Positions 1 to 7,640 of a stretch of DNA of 40,548 nt are shown piece after piece. The stretch is from Roseobacter sp. (GTDB lineage: Bacteria > Chloroflexota > Anaerolineae > J036 > Brachytrichaceae), in the NCBI GenBank assembly GCA_043748055.1, contig JAYTNY010000164.1, forward strand, positions 1-40,548. Reading direction: 5' to 3'. The translations under genes and the position numbers were made by a program. Under the pieces are notes generated by a model. It made no database searches. It was not told the DNA's origin and saw nothing but the letters and a program-made list of their open reading frames with translations. Numbering within the stretch: the first letter of the stretch is position 1; the number at the start of each line of letters is the position of its first letter.

Positions 1-135
1 TTCTTTTGTCTCCAGGCCCATCAGCGTAGCCTGCGCCTCGTTGGTTTGATTAGGCGCGCGCACGAGAAAGACCACACCTGCGACCAACGCTACAACAACC
101 CCTAACCCCAACACACTCCATCCAAATTTCTTCAC
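1..135 (-). CDS. ABC transporter permease, N-terminal fragment (continues beyond the window)
   Basis: GTG at 135-133 opens VKKFGWSVLGLGVVVALVAGVVFLVRAPNQTNEAQATLMGLETKE with one clear hydrophobic helix. It lies 59 nt downstream of the ABC ATPase on the same strand, the usual ATPase-permease order. Confidence 0.45.
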   Translation of the reverse strand, partial: MKKFGWSVLGLGVVVALVAGVVFLVRAPNQTNEAQATLMGLETKE

Positions 136-147
136 ATCAACACCTCA

Positions 148-187
148 TTCAAACCTTCAAACCTTCAAACCTTCAAACCTTCAAACC
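148..187. repeat. Perfect tandem octamer (TTCAAACC)x5
   Basis: Read directly: five exact 8-bp units fill most of the gap between the ATPase stop (195) and the putative permease start (135). The complement GGTTTGAA recurs inside mutS at about 37163-37178. Confidence 0.95.
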
Positions 188-194
188 CAAACGT

Positions 195-1727
195 TTACGC
201 CTTCCCCATCATCAGCAACCCCAATTCTTCGCGCGTCGCCGTTGCATCGCGTTCGCCCACAATCTGGCCCTTAAACATCACCAGCACACGGTCACTCAAA
301 GACATCACCTCGTCCAACTCTGCCGAAATCAACAGCACCGCCACACCACTATCTCGCGCAGCGATGATACGTTTATGAATAAACTCAATCGAACCCACAT
401 CTACGCCGCGCGTGGGCTGCGCCGCAATCAGCAGCTTGATCGGGCGCGAAAACTCCCTCGCCACTACCGCCTTCTGCTGGTTGCCGCCGGACAGGCTGCC
501 AATCGTGGTCTTCTCGCTCGGCGTGCGCACATCGAACTCCTCGATCAAGTGCTGCGCATTCTCGGCAATCGCCTTCTCGTCCAGAGTCACACCTTTGGTA
601 AACGGCGCACGGTCAATCGTAGACAACACAAAGTTGTACGTCAGCGGATACCCGGCCACCATGCCAAACTTGTGGCGGTTCTCTGGAATGTGCGCGCCGC
701 CTGCCTCAATCAATGCGTGCGGGTTGTTGTTCGCCAGAGGCTGCCGGTTGATTGAGACATCACCGGAGTTACGTGGGCGTAATCCCGTAATCGCCTCAAT
801 CAACTCCGTTTGCCCATTGCCTTCCACACCCGCAATCCCCAAAATTTCGCCCGCCCGCACATTAAAAGAAAGATAATTCACCGCGACCTGTTTGCGATCA
901 CTCATCACCGTCAAGTCACGCACCTGCAACACCACCTCTGTAGGTTGGGCTGGTCCCTTGTCCACCTTGAGCAGCACTGAGCGGCCCACCATCATCGCCG
1001 CCAACGAGGACTCAGTGGCTTCATCCGGTGTCGTCGTCCCCACCACCCTACCCTGCCGCAATACCGTAATGCGGTTAGCAACGGCCTGCACCTCTTTCAG
1101 TTTGTGCGTAATAAAAATAATCGAGACCCCTTGCGCGGTCAGCGTGCGCAGCGTTTCAAACAGGTGGGTCACTTCGAGCGGTGTCAGCACGGCGGTTGGC
1201 TCATCCAACACCAACACTTGCGCGTTGCGATACAACGCCTTCACAATCTCCACGCGTTGCTGCAAGCCTACGCTCAAATCCTTCACATAGGCCCCTGGCT
1301 CAATCTCCAGCCCATAGCGCTTTGCAATATCCAGGATGCGCTCAGTAGGCTTCTGCAAATCAATAAAAGCGCCACGTTGCTCCTCTTGGCCCAGCGTAAT
1401 GTTCTCGGCCACAGTCAGCGTAGGCACCAGCATGAAATGCTGATGCACCATGCCGATGCCATTGGCAATCGCCACGCGCGGGTTCGCAATCTTCACCGGC
1501 TTGCCATCCAACAAAATCTCGCCGCTATCCGGCTGATACAAGCCATACAAGATATTCATCAGCGTAGACTTGCCCGCGCCGTTCTCGCCCAGCAGCGCGT
1601 GTATCTCGCCCTTGCGCAAATCAAAGCTGATGGCATCGTTGGCTAACACGCCGGGGAAGCGCTTGGTGATTGCGCGCATTTCGAGCGCAGTGGTGGTCTC
1701 ACTTGCTTGCAAAGAAGTTGTAGGCAT
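195..1727 (-). CDS. ABC transporter ATP-binding protein with two fused ATPase cassettes (CUT2/BMP-type sugar or nucleoside importer)
   Basis: 510 aa. Walker A GENGAGKST and a second P-loop GVEGNGQTE; signatures LSVGLQQR and LSGGNQQK; Walker B LVLDEPT. Confidence 0.9.
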   Translation of the reverse strand: MPTTSLQASETTTALEMRAITKRFPGVLANDAISFDLRKGEIHALLGENGAGKSTLMNILYGLYQPDSGEILLDGKPVKIANPRVAIANGIGMVHQHFMLVPTLTVAENITLGQEEQRGAFIDLQKPTERILDIAKRYGLEIEPGAYVKDLSVGLQQRVEIVKALYRNAQVLVLDEPTAVLTPLEVTHLFETLRTLTAQGVSIIFITHKLKEVQAVANRITVLRQGRVVGTTTPDEATESSLAAMMVGRSVLLKVDKGPAQPTEVVLQVRDLTVMSDRKQVAVNYLSFNVRAGEILGIAGVEGNGQTELIEAITGLRPRNSGDVSINRQPLANNNPHALIEAGGAHIPENRHKFGMVAGYPLTYNFVLSTIDRAPFTKGVTLDEKAIAENAQHLIEEFDVRTPSEKTTIGSLSGGNQQKAVVAREFSRPIKLLIAAQPTRGVDVGSIEFIHKRIIAARDSGVAVLLISAELDEVMSLSDRVLVMFKGQIVGERDATATREELGLLMMGKA

Positions 1728-1757
1728 ACAGCAAGCATTCTATTTTGTATGCCAACC

Positions 1758-1785
1758 TTGACGCAAGGTTGTTTGTGCATATAAT
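1758..1785 (+). promoter_or_regulatory. Sigma70-like promoter for the tRNA gene
   Basis: TTGACG (1758-1763), 16-nt spacer, TATAAT (1780-1785), ending about 21 nt upstream of the tRNA 5' end. Confidence 0.5.
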
Positions 1786-1806
1786 CACAATCGTTAGCTA
1801 AACCAA

Positions 1807-1878
1807 TGCGGGATAGAGCAGTGGCAGCTCGTCAGGCTCATAACCTGAAGGTCGTCGGTTCGAATCCGGCTCCCGCTA
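1807..1878 (+). tRNA. tRNA-Met (anticodon CAT), initiator-like; CCA not encoded
   Basis: Hand-folded cloverleaf:
- acceptor TGCGGGA/TCCCGCT
- D arm GAGC-AGTGGCA-GCTC
- anticodon arm TCAGG-CTCATAA-CCTGA
- variable AGGTC
- T arm GTCGG-TTCGAAT-CCGGC
- discriminator A
It is very similar to the E. coli tRNA-fMet sequence as I recall it, including A11:U24 and a 1:72 mismatch. Confidence 0.85.
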
Positions 1879-1890
1879 TAAAACGCAGAA

Positions 1891-1916
1891 AAAGCCCGCA
1901 TTGTGCGGGTTTTTTG
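1891..1916 (+). terminator. Rho-independent terminator after the tRNA
   Basis: Stem CCCGCA/TGCGGG (1895-1900 and 1904-1909), 3-nt loop, followed by a run of six T. Confidence 0.7.
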
Positions 1917-2244
1917 TTGTCAAAAGTGCAGGGTAGGCCCTCTATTTTCAGCGTGCATTTCTGCAGAAATACAGCGCACCACCTACTGCAAATATCCCCG
2001 AAAGGAAAAACAAAATGGGCGATTCACTTACATGAATCGCCCGCTGTGTAGGTATGCCAAAGAATCAGCTTTCTCTACGCGCAAATGACTCACGCGACTT
2101 ATCTTTGATTACGTGAGCAATGCCTAGAAGGTAACGGCGTGAACACAACCCTGGTCCGGGCGTATACATGATTGCTTCACTACAATTCGCGCTCATGGTG
2201 GTGCTGCCTGAGCGCACCAAGCCTCGAGACTTAGAGAAATACAC

Positions 2245-3039
2245 ATGAGCAAAAAACTAACCGTTCGCGATTTGATCCAGGCTAAAGGCAAGCGCAAGCT
2301 GGTTCTGACCACAGCCTTTGATGCGTGGACTGCCCGCGCCGCTGAAACTGCCGGGGTGGACATGATCCTGGCCTGGGGCAGCAACCTGGAACACAGCAAG
2401 TGGATCATTGATTCGGTCCGTTCGGGTGCGCCCAATACACTGATCGGCACAGGGTTGCCCAGCGCGGGTGCCTACTCCAGCGAAGCCGAGGCGCTGCGTC
2501 TGGCTGGTGAGATGCAAAGCGCGGGAGCCGACATCCTTTACTGTTCCGGCCTCGTCCCAGAGAAATTCGCCCCGCTCGCCAGGCAAAAATATCCCTGCGT
2601 CGGACATGTCGGTTATTTGCCGGTGCAAAACACTTGGTTTGGTGGCCCGCGTGCGGTCGGCAAGACCTGGGAGGAGGCCGTGCAGGTTTACAACGACACT
2701 GTGGCGTTGGAAAAAGCAGGTTGCATCGCCGTTGAAATGGAATGCGTGCCAGCCAAGGTTGCCGAAGAGATCACCAAGCGGGTCAAGCTGCTAACTTTCT
2801 CTATGGGCAGCGGTGCCGATTGCGACGGCCAGTTTCTGTTTTCAAGCGACTTGCTGGGCACGAACACAGGTCACTATCCGCGTCATTCGATTACCTATGC
2901 GCGGCTATTGGATACGGCAATACAGGCGTTGACGCGCTATCGCAACGATGTCGAGAGCGGCGCCTATCCAGCCCCGCAGCACATCATCAACATCAAGGAC
3001 GATCAATTCGAGCGCTTTCTGGAGAAGATTGGGGAATAA
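2245..3039 (+). CDS. PanB-like (3-methyl-2-oxobutanoate hydroxymethyltransferase family) protein, divergent
   Basis: 264 aa. Resembles PanB in GHVGYLPVQ, AVEMECVP, MGSGADCDGQ and the C-terminal VESGAYPAPQH. The canonical VGDSLGM motif is replaced by LAWGSNLEH. Confidence 0.7.
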   Translation: MSKKLTVRDLIQAKGKRKLVLTTAFDAWTARAAETAGVDMILAWGSNLEHSKWIIDSVRSGAPNTLIGTGLPSAGAYSSEAEALRLAGEMQSAGADILYCSGLVPEKFAPLARQKYPCVGHVGYLPVQNTWFGGPRAVGKTWEEAVQVYNDTVALEKAGCIAVEMECVPAKVAEEITKRVKLLTFSMGSGADCDGQFLFSSDLLGTNTGHYPRHSITYARLLDTAIQALTRYRNDVESGAYPAPQHIINIKDDQFERFLEKIGE

Positions 3040-3058
3040 ATTTGAGAGGTTCATATCC

Positions 3059-3205
3059 ATGACTATTCCAAACCTTCATCTCAACGACGGCCACACCATG
3101 CCCCAAATCGGTCTGGGCACTGCTTCGCTCAACGACGAGGCCGTCATTTCGGCGCTCGACATCGGCGCAGAGCCGCGGGCCGACTCCGACACGACGGGAC
3201 ATTGA
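3059..3205 (+). pseudogene. Aldo/keto reductase N-terminal remnant
   Basis: GAGAGG Shine-Dalgarno then ATG. MTIPNLHLNDGHTMPQIGLGTASL matches the AKR N-terminus. The frame loses similarity after ALDIG and stops at 3205, where the 12-mer repeat begins. Confidence 0.5.
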
Positions 3206-3239
3206 CGCTTGTACCGACGCTTGTACCGACGCTTGTACC
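3204..3239. repeat. Perfect tandem 12-mer (GACGCTTGTACC)x3
   Basis: Read directly. It sits exactly between the AKR remnant and the ATG (3241) of the Gfo/Idh/MocA gene. Confidence 0.95.
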
Positions 3240-3240
3240 T

Positions 3241-3819
3241 ATGAACAACTTGAAAATCGGCATTGTTGGCACAGGCAACGTCACCACGCAGAGCTATCTG
3301 CCGTATCTCTCCCAAGAACCCGATGTGGCGCTCGGCTATTTCAATCGAACACACGACAAGACCGTGGCGTGCGCAGCGCAATTCGGCGGGACGGCTTTCG
3401 ACACGCTGGATGCGCTGATGGCTTGGCAACCCGATGCGGTCATGATTCTGACGCGCGAGACGCAGCGTCTGGATGCGACGCGGGCCGTGCTACGTCACCG
3501 CCCGAAGCGACTCTTCTTTGAGAAGCCGCTAGTCGCGGCGCAGGGCCAGGAGAATGTATCGGAGCAGGATTTCCTCGATGCCAAACGATTGATGGCGCAG
3601 GCGGATGCGATGGGTTGCGAGACGGCCATGGTGTTCAACTACCGCTTCTTCGAGCACTCGCTGCTGGCCAAGCGCATTGTCGAGGAACGCGGCTTCGGCA
3701 CAGTGCGCAACATCAGCGGGCTGGTGCATTACGCCTGTTGGAGTCACTGCATAGACACGAATAAACCTAACCAACGATACGCACATCGCGCCACCCAATA
3801 CCGTCTTGAAAGTCAATAG
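3241..3819 (+). pseudogene. Gfo/Idh/MocA-family oxidoreductase, C-terminally truncated
   Basis: N-terminal Rossmann motif KIGIVGTGN, then EKP. Similarity ends near HYACWSHCID (about 3760) and the frame runs into unrelated sequence next to the IS110 remnant. About 190 aa, versus more than 320 aa as I recall for the family. Confidence 0.6.
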
Positions 3820-3982
3820 GCTTGAGAAGGATGAGGCGAAAAGAGAGGATCAAAAGGGAGGTTGGATTTGAGGACACCATAAGCGAGGCGGAGGAGTTTG
3901 CGCATGGTGGCGCCGACGATGAGCATGTTGTGTTTGGATTTGGCGGCGAGGCGGGCAGCGAGGTCGCGGACAAAAGGGTTGA
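3813..3982 (-). mobile_element. IS110-family transposase C-terminal remnant
   Basis: NPFVRDLAARLAAKSKHNMLIVGATMRKLLRLAYGVLKSNLPFDP resembles the conserved IS110 transposase C-terminus (..F..RL...GK..K.A..A..RKLL......L....PF). No N-terminal catalytic part is present. Confidence 0.55.
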
Positions 3983-3993
3983 GAGAGAGCAGT

Positions 3994-4058
3994 GAGGGGC
4001 GAAGCATTCGAGAGCGCGGACCCACAAACCCAACTGGGTTCTCGAATGCTTCGCCCTC
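3994..4058. repeat. Long inverted repeat (about 20-bp arms, 26-nt loop)
   Basis: GAGGGGCGAAGCATTCGAGA (3994-4013) pairs with TCTCGAATGCTTCGCCCTC (4040-4058) with a single-nt bulge. Confidence 0.9.
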
Positions 4059-4102
4059 TACCACCACTTTTGCAGCTTACGGCGTTATTACGCAGGAGGT
4101 CT

Positions 4103-4834
4103 TTACTTGGCTGCGGTTTGGAGGAGCTGGGGGCTTCCCGTGCCACGCAAGGGTTCCGAGACTTTCTCGCGTCGCTCAAAGAAGAGCGCAAAGCCCAGCC
4201 AGGCCAGCGCTATCCCCATCGGCACCGCCGCCAACCGCTCAAGCTGGTGCGGAAGTAGCGTAACCATGATGATCGCCAAGGGCCCCGAGAGGGCAAGCAG
4301 GCCAGCCGCCCAGCGCGGCAGGATGCGGGCGCGGAAAGTCGCGATGCCAAACAGCAGGAGGCCGAGCAGATACACGACCGATACCAGCGAATAGACTGTT
4401 GCGAGGGCTCCGAGGTTCATCGGGCCACCGGCCCCACTGGACAACCCCAAGACGCTCTCCACAAACCTCGGTGCCTCGGTCGTCAACAGCGGCAAGATAA
4501 GGGGTTCGGCGAATGAAAAACACATTTGGACTGCGTAGAAGAGGGTTAACAGAAGATAGCCGACCAGACCCAGCCAACCAGTCTTTTCCACTTGCCTGGC
4601 GTAGAGCCCTGTAATGCCGAGCAGGCCAAAGATGGACATCGCCGTCTTAAAAGAAGTGATGATGATGAATACGGGGGTGTTGACTGACGCAAGAACGTCA
4701 GGTGGATGGATCGGCTGAATGCCCGCGAAAATGATCCCTGCCACCGCAGCGGATAAACCTGCCGAGCGGATGAGGCTTGAGGCTGTTATCTTCATGTTGC
4801 TCTTCTTGATCGCGGTCTGTTGCTTAGTATTCAT
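4103..4834 (-). CDS. Integral membrane protein, unknown function (about 6 TM helices)
   Basis: 243 aa, repeated hydrophobic helices. Its start overlaps the upstream gene's stop by 4 nt. Confidence 0.7.
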   Translation of the reverse strand: MNTKQQTAIKKSNMKITASSLIRSAGLSAAVAGIIFAGIQPIHPPDVLASVNTPVFIIITSFKTAMSIFGLLGITGLYARQVEKTGWLGLVGYLLLTLFYAVQMCFSFAEPLILPLLTTEAPRFVESVLGLSSGAGGPMNLGALATVYSLVSVVYLLGLLLFGIATFRARILPRWAAGLLALSGPLAIIMVTLLPHQLERLAAVPMGIALAWLGFALFFERREKVSEPLRGTGSPQLLQTAAK

Positions 4835-5142
4835 GTGTTTGTTTCCTTTGTTGAATGAGTGTGATCGGTATCCGCATGGGTATGCGGTCGGTTCGATTGT
4901 TCGGGTTCAACGCGCATGAACGAGACCAATGGCATCCCAAGATCACGCACTTTCCTAAGCAAGCCATGTAGCGCAGCCTGATCAACTACCGGGCCAGTTA
5001 AGCGCGTATTGCCGTTGTCTTCTCGTGTGATGGTCAGGCCGCTAAACCAATCGGCCCACCGGTCATCCAGGTGTCCCTTAAAGCGAATTTCGTAAAGTTC
5101 CGGCTCTTGATGAGCCTCAGAGGGTGTTTGGGTTGTAATCAT
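4831..5142 (-). CDS. Small conserved hypothetical protein
   Basis: Start chosen at MITTQ (ATG 5142) with GAGG 6 nt upstream. The motif YEIRFKGHLDDRWADWFSGLTI...GPVVDQAALHGLLRKVRDLGMPLVS is one I recognise as recurring, but I cannot name the family. Confidence 0.6.
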   Translation of the reverse strand: MITTQTPSEAHQEPELYEIRFKGHLDDRWADWFSGLTITREDNGNTRLTGPVVDQAALHGLLRKVRDLGMPLVSFMRVEPEQSNRPHTHADTDHTHSTKETNT

Positions 5143-5334
5143 GGTGTGCCTCGTTGCCCTCCTGCGAATCGATGTCGGCGTTCTTTCCTTTGACGACACC
5201 CTACCAACGAATGTGATGAGGCATCGTCATCACAGGTGATGATTTATGACTCGGGGGGTAGGAGGAAAACAAAAAGCCCTGGCAAATGAGTTGACTCACC
5301 TGCCAGGGCGGGGGGTGCGCAGAAGTTTGAGGTG

Positions 5335-5412
5335 CTATAGATCAAGTTCTTCAGCCCGGCGGACGGCCGCCCGCCGGTTGTTCACCCCCAGGGCGATCAG
5401 AATCGCATAGCG
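5335..5412 (-). pseudogene. LuxR/GerE-type HTH C-terminal remnant
   Basis: The minus-strand frame reads RYAILIALGVNNRRAAVRRAEELDL*, like the last helix of a LuxR-type HTH. It has an in-frame stop upstream and no start. Confidence 0.35.
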
Positions 5413-5642
5413 AAGTCGGCCTTCGCCGACTGGGTTCTAGCCGACGTAGGTCGGAGATTTATCTCAGAGCAGTCATGCTCGCTGCAAGCGAAACTTTTTG
5501 CTTATTTTCGTGCCTATGGGTCGCAGCAGCGCTGCGTCCCTACCATGGCCTTTCGCAAGGCGTGTGCCCCTAATAAAAAATGCACCCGGTCTTTACTTGC
5601 AGCGTACTACAAGTGCAGCATCGGTAGCTATGCTTGCGCCAA

Positions 5643-5789
5643 CTACTGCCCCAATGCAAATGCTAACGCCTGTTCAAGCGTCATGTCTTGGCCTTCGTCA
5701 TAAGCCACCGCAAATGTCACCTGGCCCAGCGTTGTGCGCGCTTCGCCGATGAAGGCTTGTAACGTGCGTCGGTCTTTTGAGGGAATCAT
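5643..5789 (-). pseudogene. C-terminal remnant of a large TPR/ATPase-type regulator
   Basis: 48-aa frame MIPSKDRRTLQAFIGEARTTLGQVTFAVAYDEGQDMTLEQALAFALGQ*. The pattern ..AR..LG...F..A..EG..MTLEQA...AL is typical of the extreme C-terminus of SARP/MalT-like regulators. Confidence 0.35.
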
Positions 5790-5790
5790 T

Positions 5791-5869
5791 AGACCTCTTG
5801 CAAAAGTCCATTGGTGTGCGGCGCTCGTAGGGGCGTTGCATGCAACGCCCCTACTTTTGCAAGAGGTCT
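5791..5869. repeat. Nested inverted repeat (MITE/REP-like)
   Basis: Outer arms AGACCTCTTGCAAAAGT (5791-5807) and ACTTTTGCAAGAGGTCT (5853-5869). They enclose a perfect 28-bp palindrome GTAGGGGCGTTGCA/TGCAACGCCCCTAC (5827-5854). Confidence 0.9.
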
Positions 5870-5940
5870 ATTGAAAATGATCCAAGAGCACCACCTCCAG
5901 GCTTGCTAGGCGCACAAGCAAAACTTTCGCCTTAATGCTC

Positions 5941-5989
5941 TGTGGCTCACGTCTCGGAGCGATTAAATCGCTCCGAGACGTGAGCCACA
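5941..5989 (-). terminator. Perfect 24-bp-stem hairpin directly after the aminotransferase stop
   Basis: TGTGGCTCACGTCTCGGAGCGATT-A-AATCGCTCCGAGACGTGAGCCACA. It abuts the stop codon at 5991. There is no clear U-tract, so it may be a REP-like element or a terminator. Confidence 0.55.
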
Positions 5990-5990
5990 C

Positions 5991-7304
5991 TTACGCCACT
6001 GCCCGATCCAACGCCGCCGCAAAAATCTTCAGGCTTTCGTCAATCTGCTCGGCGTTGACGACCAGCGGCGGAATCCAGCGGATGACGTTTTGATAGGTGC
6101 CGCAGGTGAGCATCAGCAACTTCTGATCGGCGCACATCTTGACCACTTTGTTGGTCAGCGCCATGTCGGGGTTGCCTGCGTTATCCACAAACTCCGTCGC
6201 CACCATAAGGCCTATGCCGCGCACATCGCCCAGCACATCAAAGTCCTCTTGCAGCTTGCGCAGGCCGGTGATGAGTTGATCGCCGCGCTCGACGGCGTTC
6301 TGGATGATCTTCTCGTCCTTCATCACCCGAATGGTCTCGGCGGCGGCGGCGGCGCTGACGATGTTGGGGCCATACGTGCCACCGTGCGAGCCAGGCGGCC
6401 ATTTGGCCGCGATGTCTTTGCGAGTGAACACGCCACTGAGCGGCATGCCGGATGCCAGGCCCTTCGCCACAATAATCACATCCGGGATGACGCCGAAATG
6501 TTCGAGGGCGAAGAACTTGCCGGTGCGGCCAAAGCCGGTTTGTACTTCATCAAACACCAGCAAGATGCCGTTCTCGTCGCAAATGGCGCGTAGCTCTTGC
6601 ATAAAGCTCTTGGGCGGCACCACATAGCCGCCCTCGCCCAACACGGGCTCTAGCACAATGGCGGCGGTCTCGACGGCGCTGGTTTGGGTTTTGAGCATGT
6701 AGCGCAAGTGCTCCGGCGCATAGCCGCAGCAGCCGATGTCTTCAGGGCAGGCGGCGCTTACTTCGGCGCGACGCTCGCCGCTCATCGCTCGTTTTGCCAC
6801 CGGGCAGTGGTAGCAATGCGCAAACGGCGCGGCAAACACGCCTGCGGGCAGTGGCTGGTATTTTTGGCGATAGCTGTATTTGCTCATCGTCATTGCCATC
6901 GTCTGGGCGGTGCGCCCGTGAAAGCTGCCCTCAAAGGTGATGATGTTGGTTTTGCCAGTGGCTTGGCGGCTGAGCTTGACGGCGGCTTCAACGGCCTCGG
7001 CCCCGCTGTTGCTAAAAAAGAATGAGTCGAACCCAGGCGGCACAATCGTCTTGAGTTCCTCGGTTAAATCTAAAAGCGTTCGGCTCCAGCCCATCGCCAT
7101 CTGGCCGTGAATGAGTTTGGCGGCTTGGTTCTGAATCGCTTTGACAATGCGCGGGTGCGCATGGCCGGTATTCGTCACGCCAATGCCGCTGGTGAAATCC
7201 ATGTATTTGTTGCCCTGTGTGTCATACAAATAGATGCCTTCGCCGTGATCGAGTTCGATATCAAACGCGCGTGCCCAGACGGGGGAGAGGTTTTCTACAG
7301 CCAT
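5991..7304 (-). CDS. Class-III PLP-dependent aminotransferase (GabT/ornithine-type)
   Basis: 437 aa; SGAEAVEAAVKL, FHGRT, DEVQTGFGRTGK and a PLP-lysine context IVAKGLASG. Confidence 0.9.
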   Translation of the reverse strand: MAVENLSPVWARAFDIELDHGEGIYLYDTQGNKYMDFTSGIGVTNTGHAHPRIVKAIQNQAAKLIHGQMAMGWSRTLLDLTEELKTIVPPGFDSFFFSNSGAEAVEAAVKLSRQATGKTNIITFEGSFHGRTAQTMAMTMSKYSYRQKYQPLPAGVFAAPFAHCYHCPVAKRAMSGERRAEVSAACPEDIGCCGYAPEHLRYMLKTQTSAVETAAIVLEPVLGEGGYVVPPKSFMQELRAICDENGILLVFDEVQTGFGRTGKFFALEHFGVIPDVIIVAKGLASGMPLSGVFTRKDIAAKWPPGSHGGTYGPNIVSAAAAAETIRVMKDEKIIQNAVERGDQLITGLRKLQEDFDVLGDVRGIGLMVATEFVDNAGNPDMALTNKVVKMCADQKLLMLTCGTYQNVIRWIPPLVVNAEQIDESLKIFAAALDRAVA

Positions 7305-7335
7305 TTTTTGAAGAGATTAGAGATTAGTAATTGAT

Positions 7336-7490
7336 GTTATGCAGCAGCCACCTAACACCACTAGAAAGCATCCTGAGCGAAGTCGAAGGGTGCGGATGTG
7401 GTGAAACTCCTCTAGACAAGCTCGGCAGAGAGCGCATCCTTCGACTTCGCTCAGGATGCTTTTGACAGATCTTTTCTACCGCTGCATAAC
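7336..7490. repeat. MITE-like nested inverted repeat
   Basis: Outer 10-bp arms GTTATGCAGC (7336-7345) and GCTGCATAAC (7481-7490). Inner 29-bp arms at 7367-7395 and 7433-7461 (AAGCATCCTGAGCGAAGTCGAAGG.TGCG) have one mismatch. Confidence 0.85.
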
Positions 7491-7600
7491 GTGAGTTAGA
7501 GATTAACGCACTGATTGTAATAGCCAAACAAGGCGTTTCCGCCGGGTGCTAAAGTTCAGTCACAAAATAAATTATTTGTAGAACAGACTTTTGATACATA

Positions 7601-7640
7601 TTTCTATTGAGTGAGACGCTTTTTTTAGAGTTTCTATTGA
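7601..7640. promoter_or_regulatory. Two exact 10-bp direct repeats TTTCTATTGA, 30 bp apart, in the AT-rich divergent promoter region
   Basis: Copies at 7601-7610 and 7631-7640, between the aminotransferase and the Lrp/AsnC gene. Candidate Lrp-type operator. Confidence 0.3.

Noticed and set aside
3850-4263. Several overlapping 88-121-aa ORFs on both strands around the 3994-4058 hairpin.
   Set aside because: They are generated by the inverted repeat and the IS110 remnant, or are antisense to the 3' end of the membrane-protein gene. None has motifs or a plausible start context.
5498-5752. 84-aa plus-strand ORF in the non-coding stretch.
   Set aside because: It has no RBS and its composition is low in complexity. 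The opposite strand in the same place carries a recognisable regulator C-terminal remnant. The region looks like decayed DNA.
7324-7527. 67-aa ORF in the aminotransferase/Lrp intergenic region.
   Set aside because: It is simply the translation of the nested inverted-repeat (MITE-like) element at 7336-7490. It has no RBS or family resemblance.
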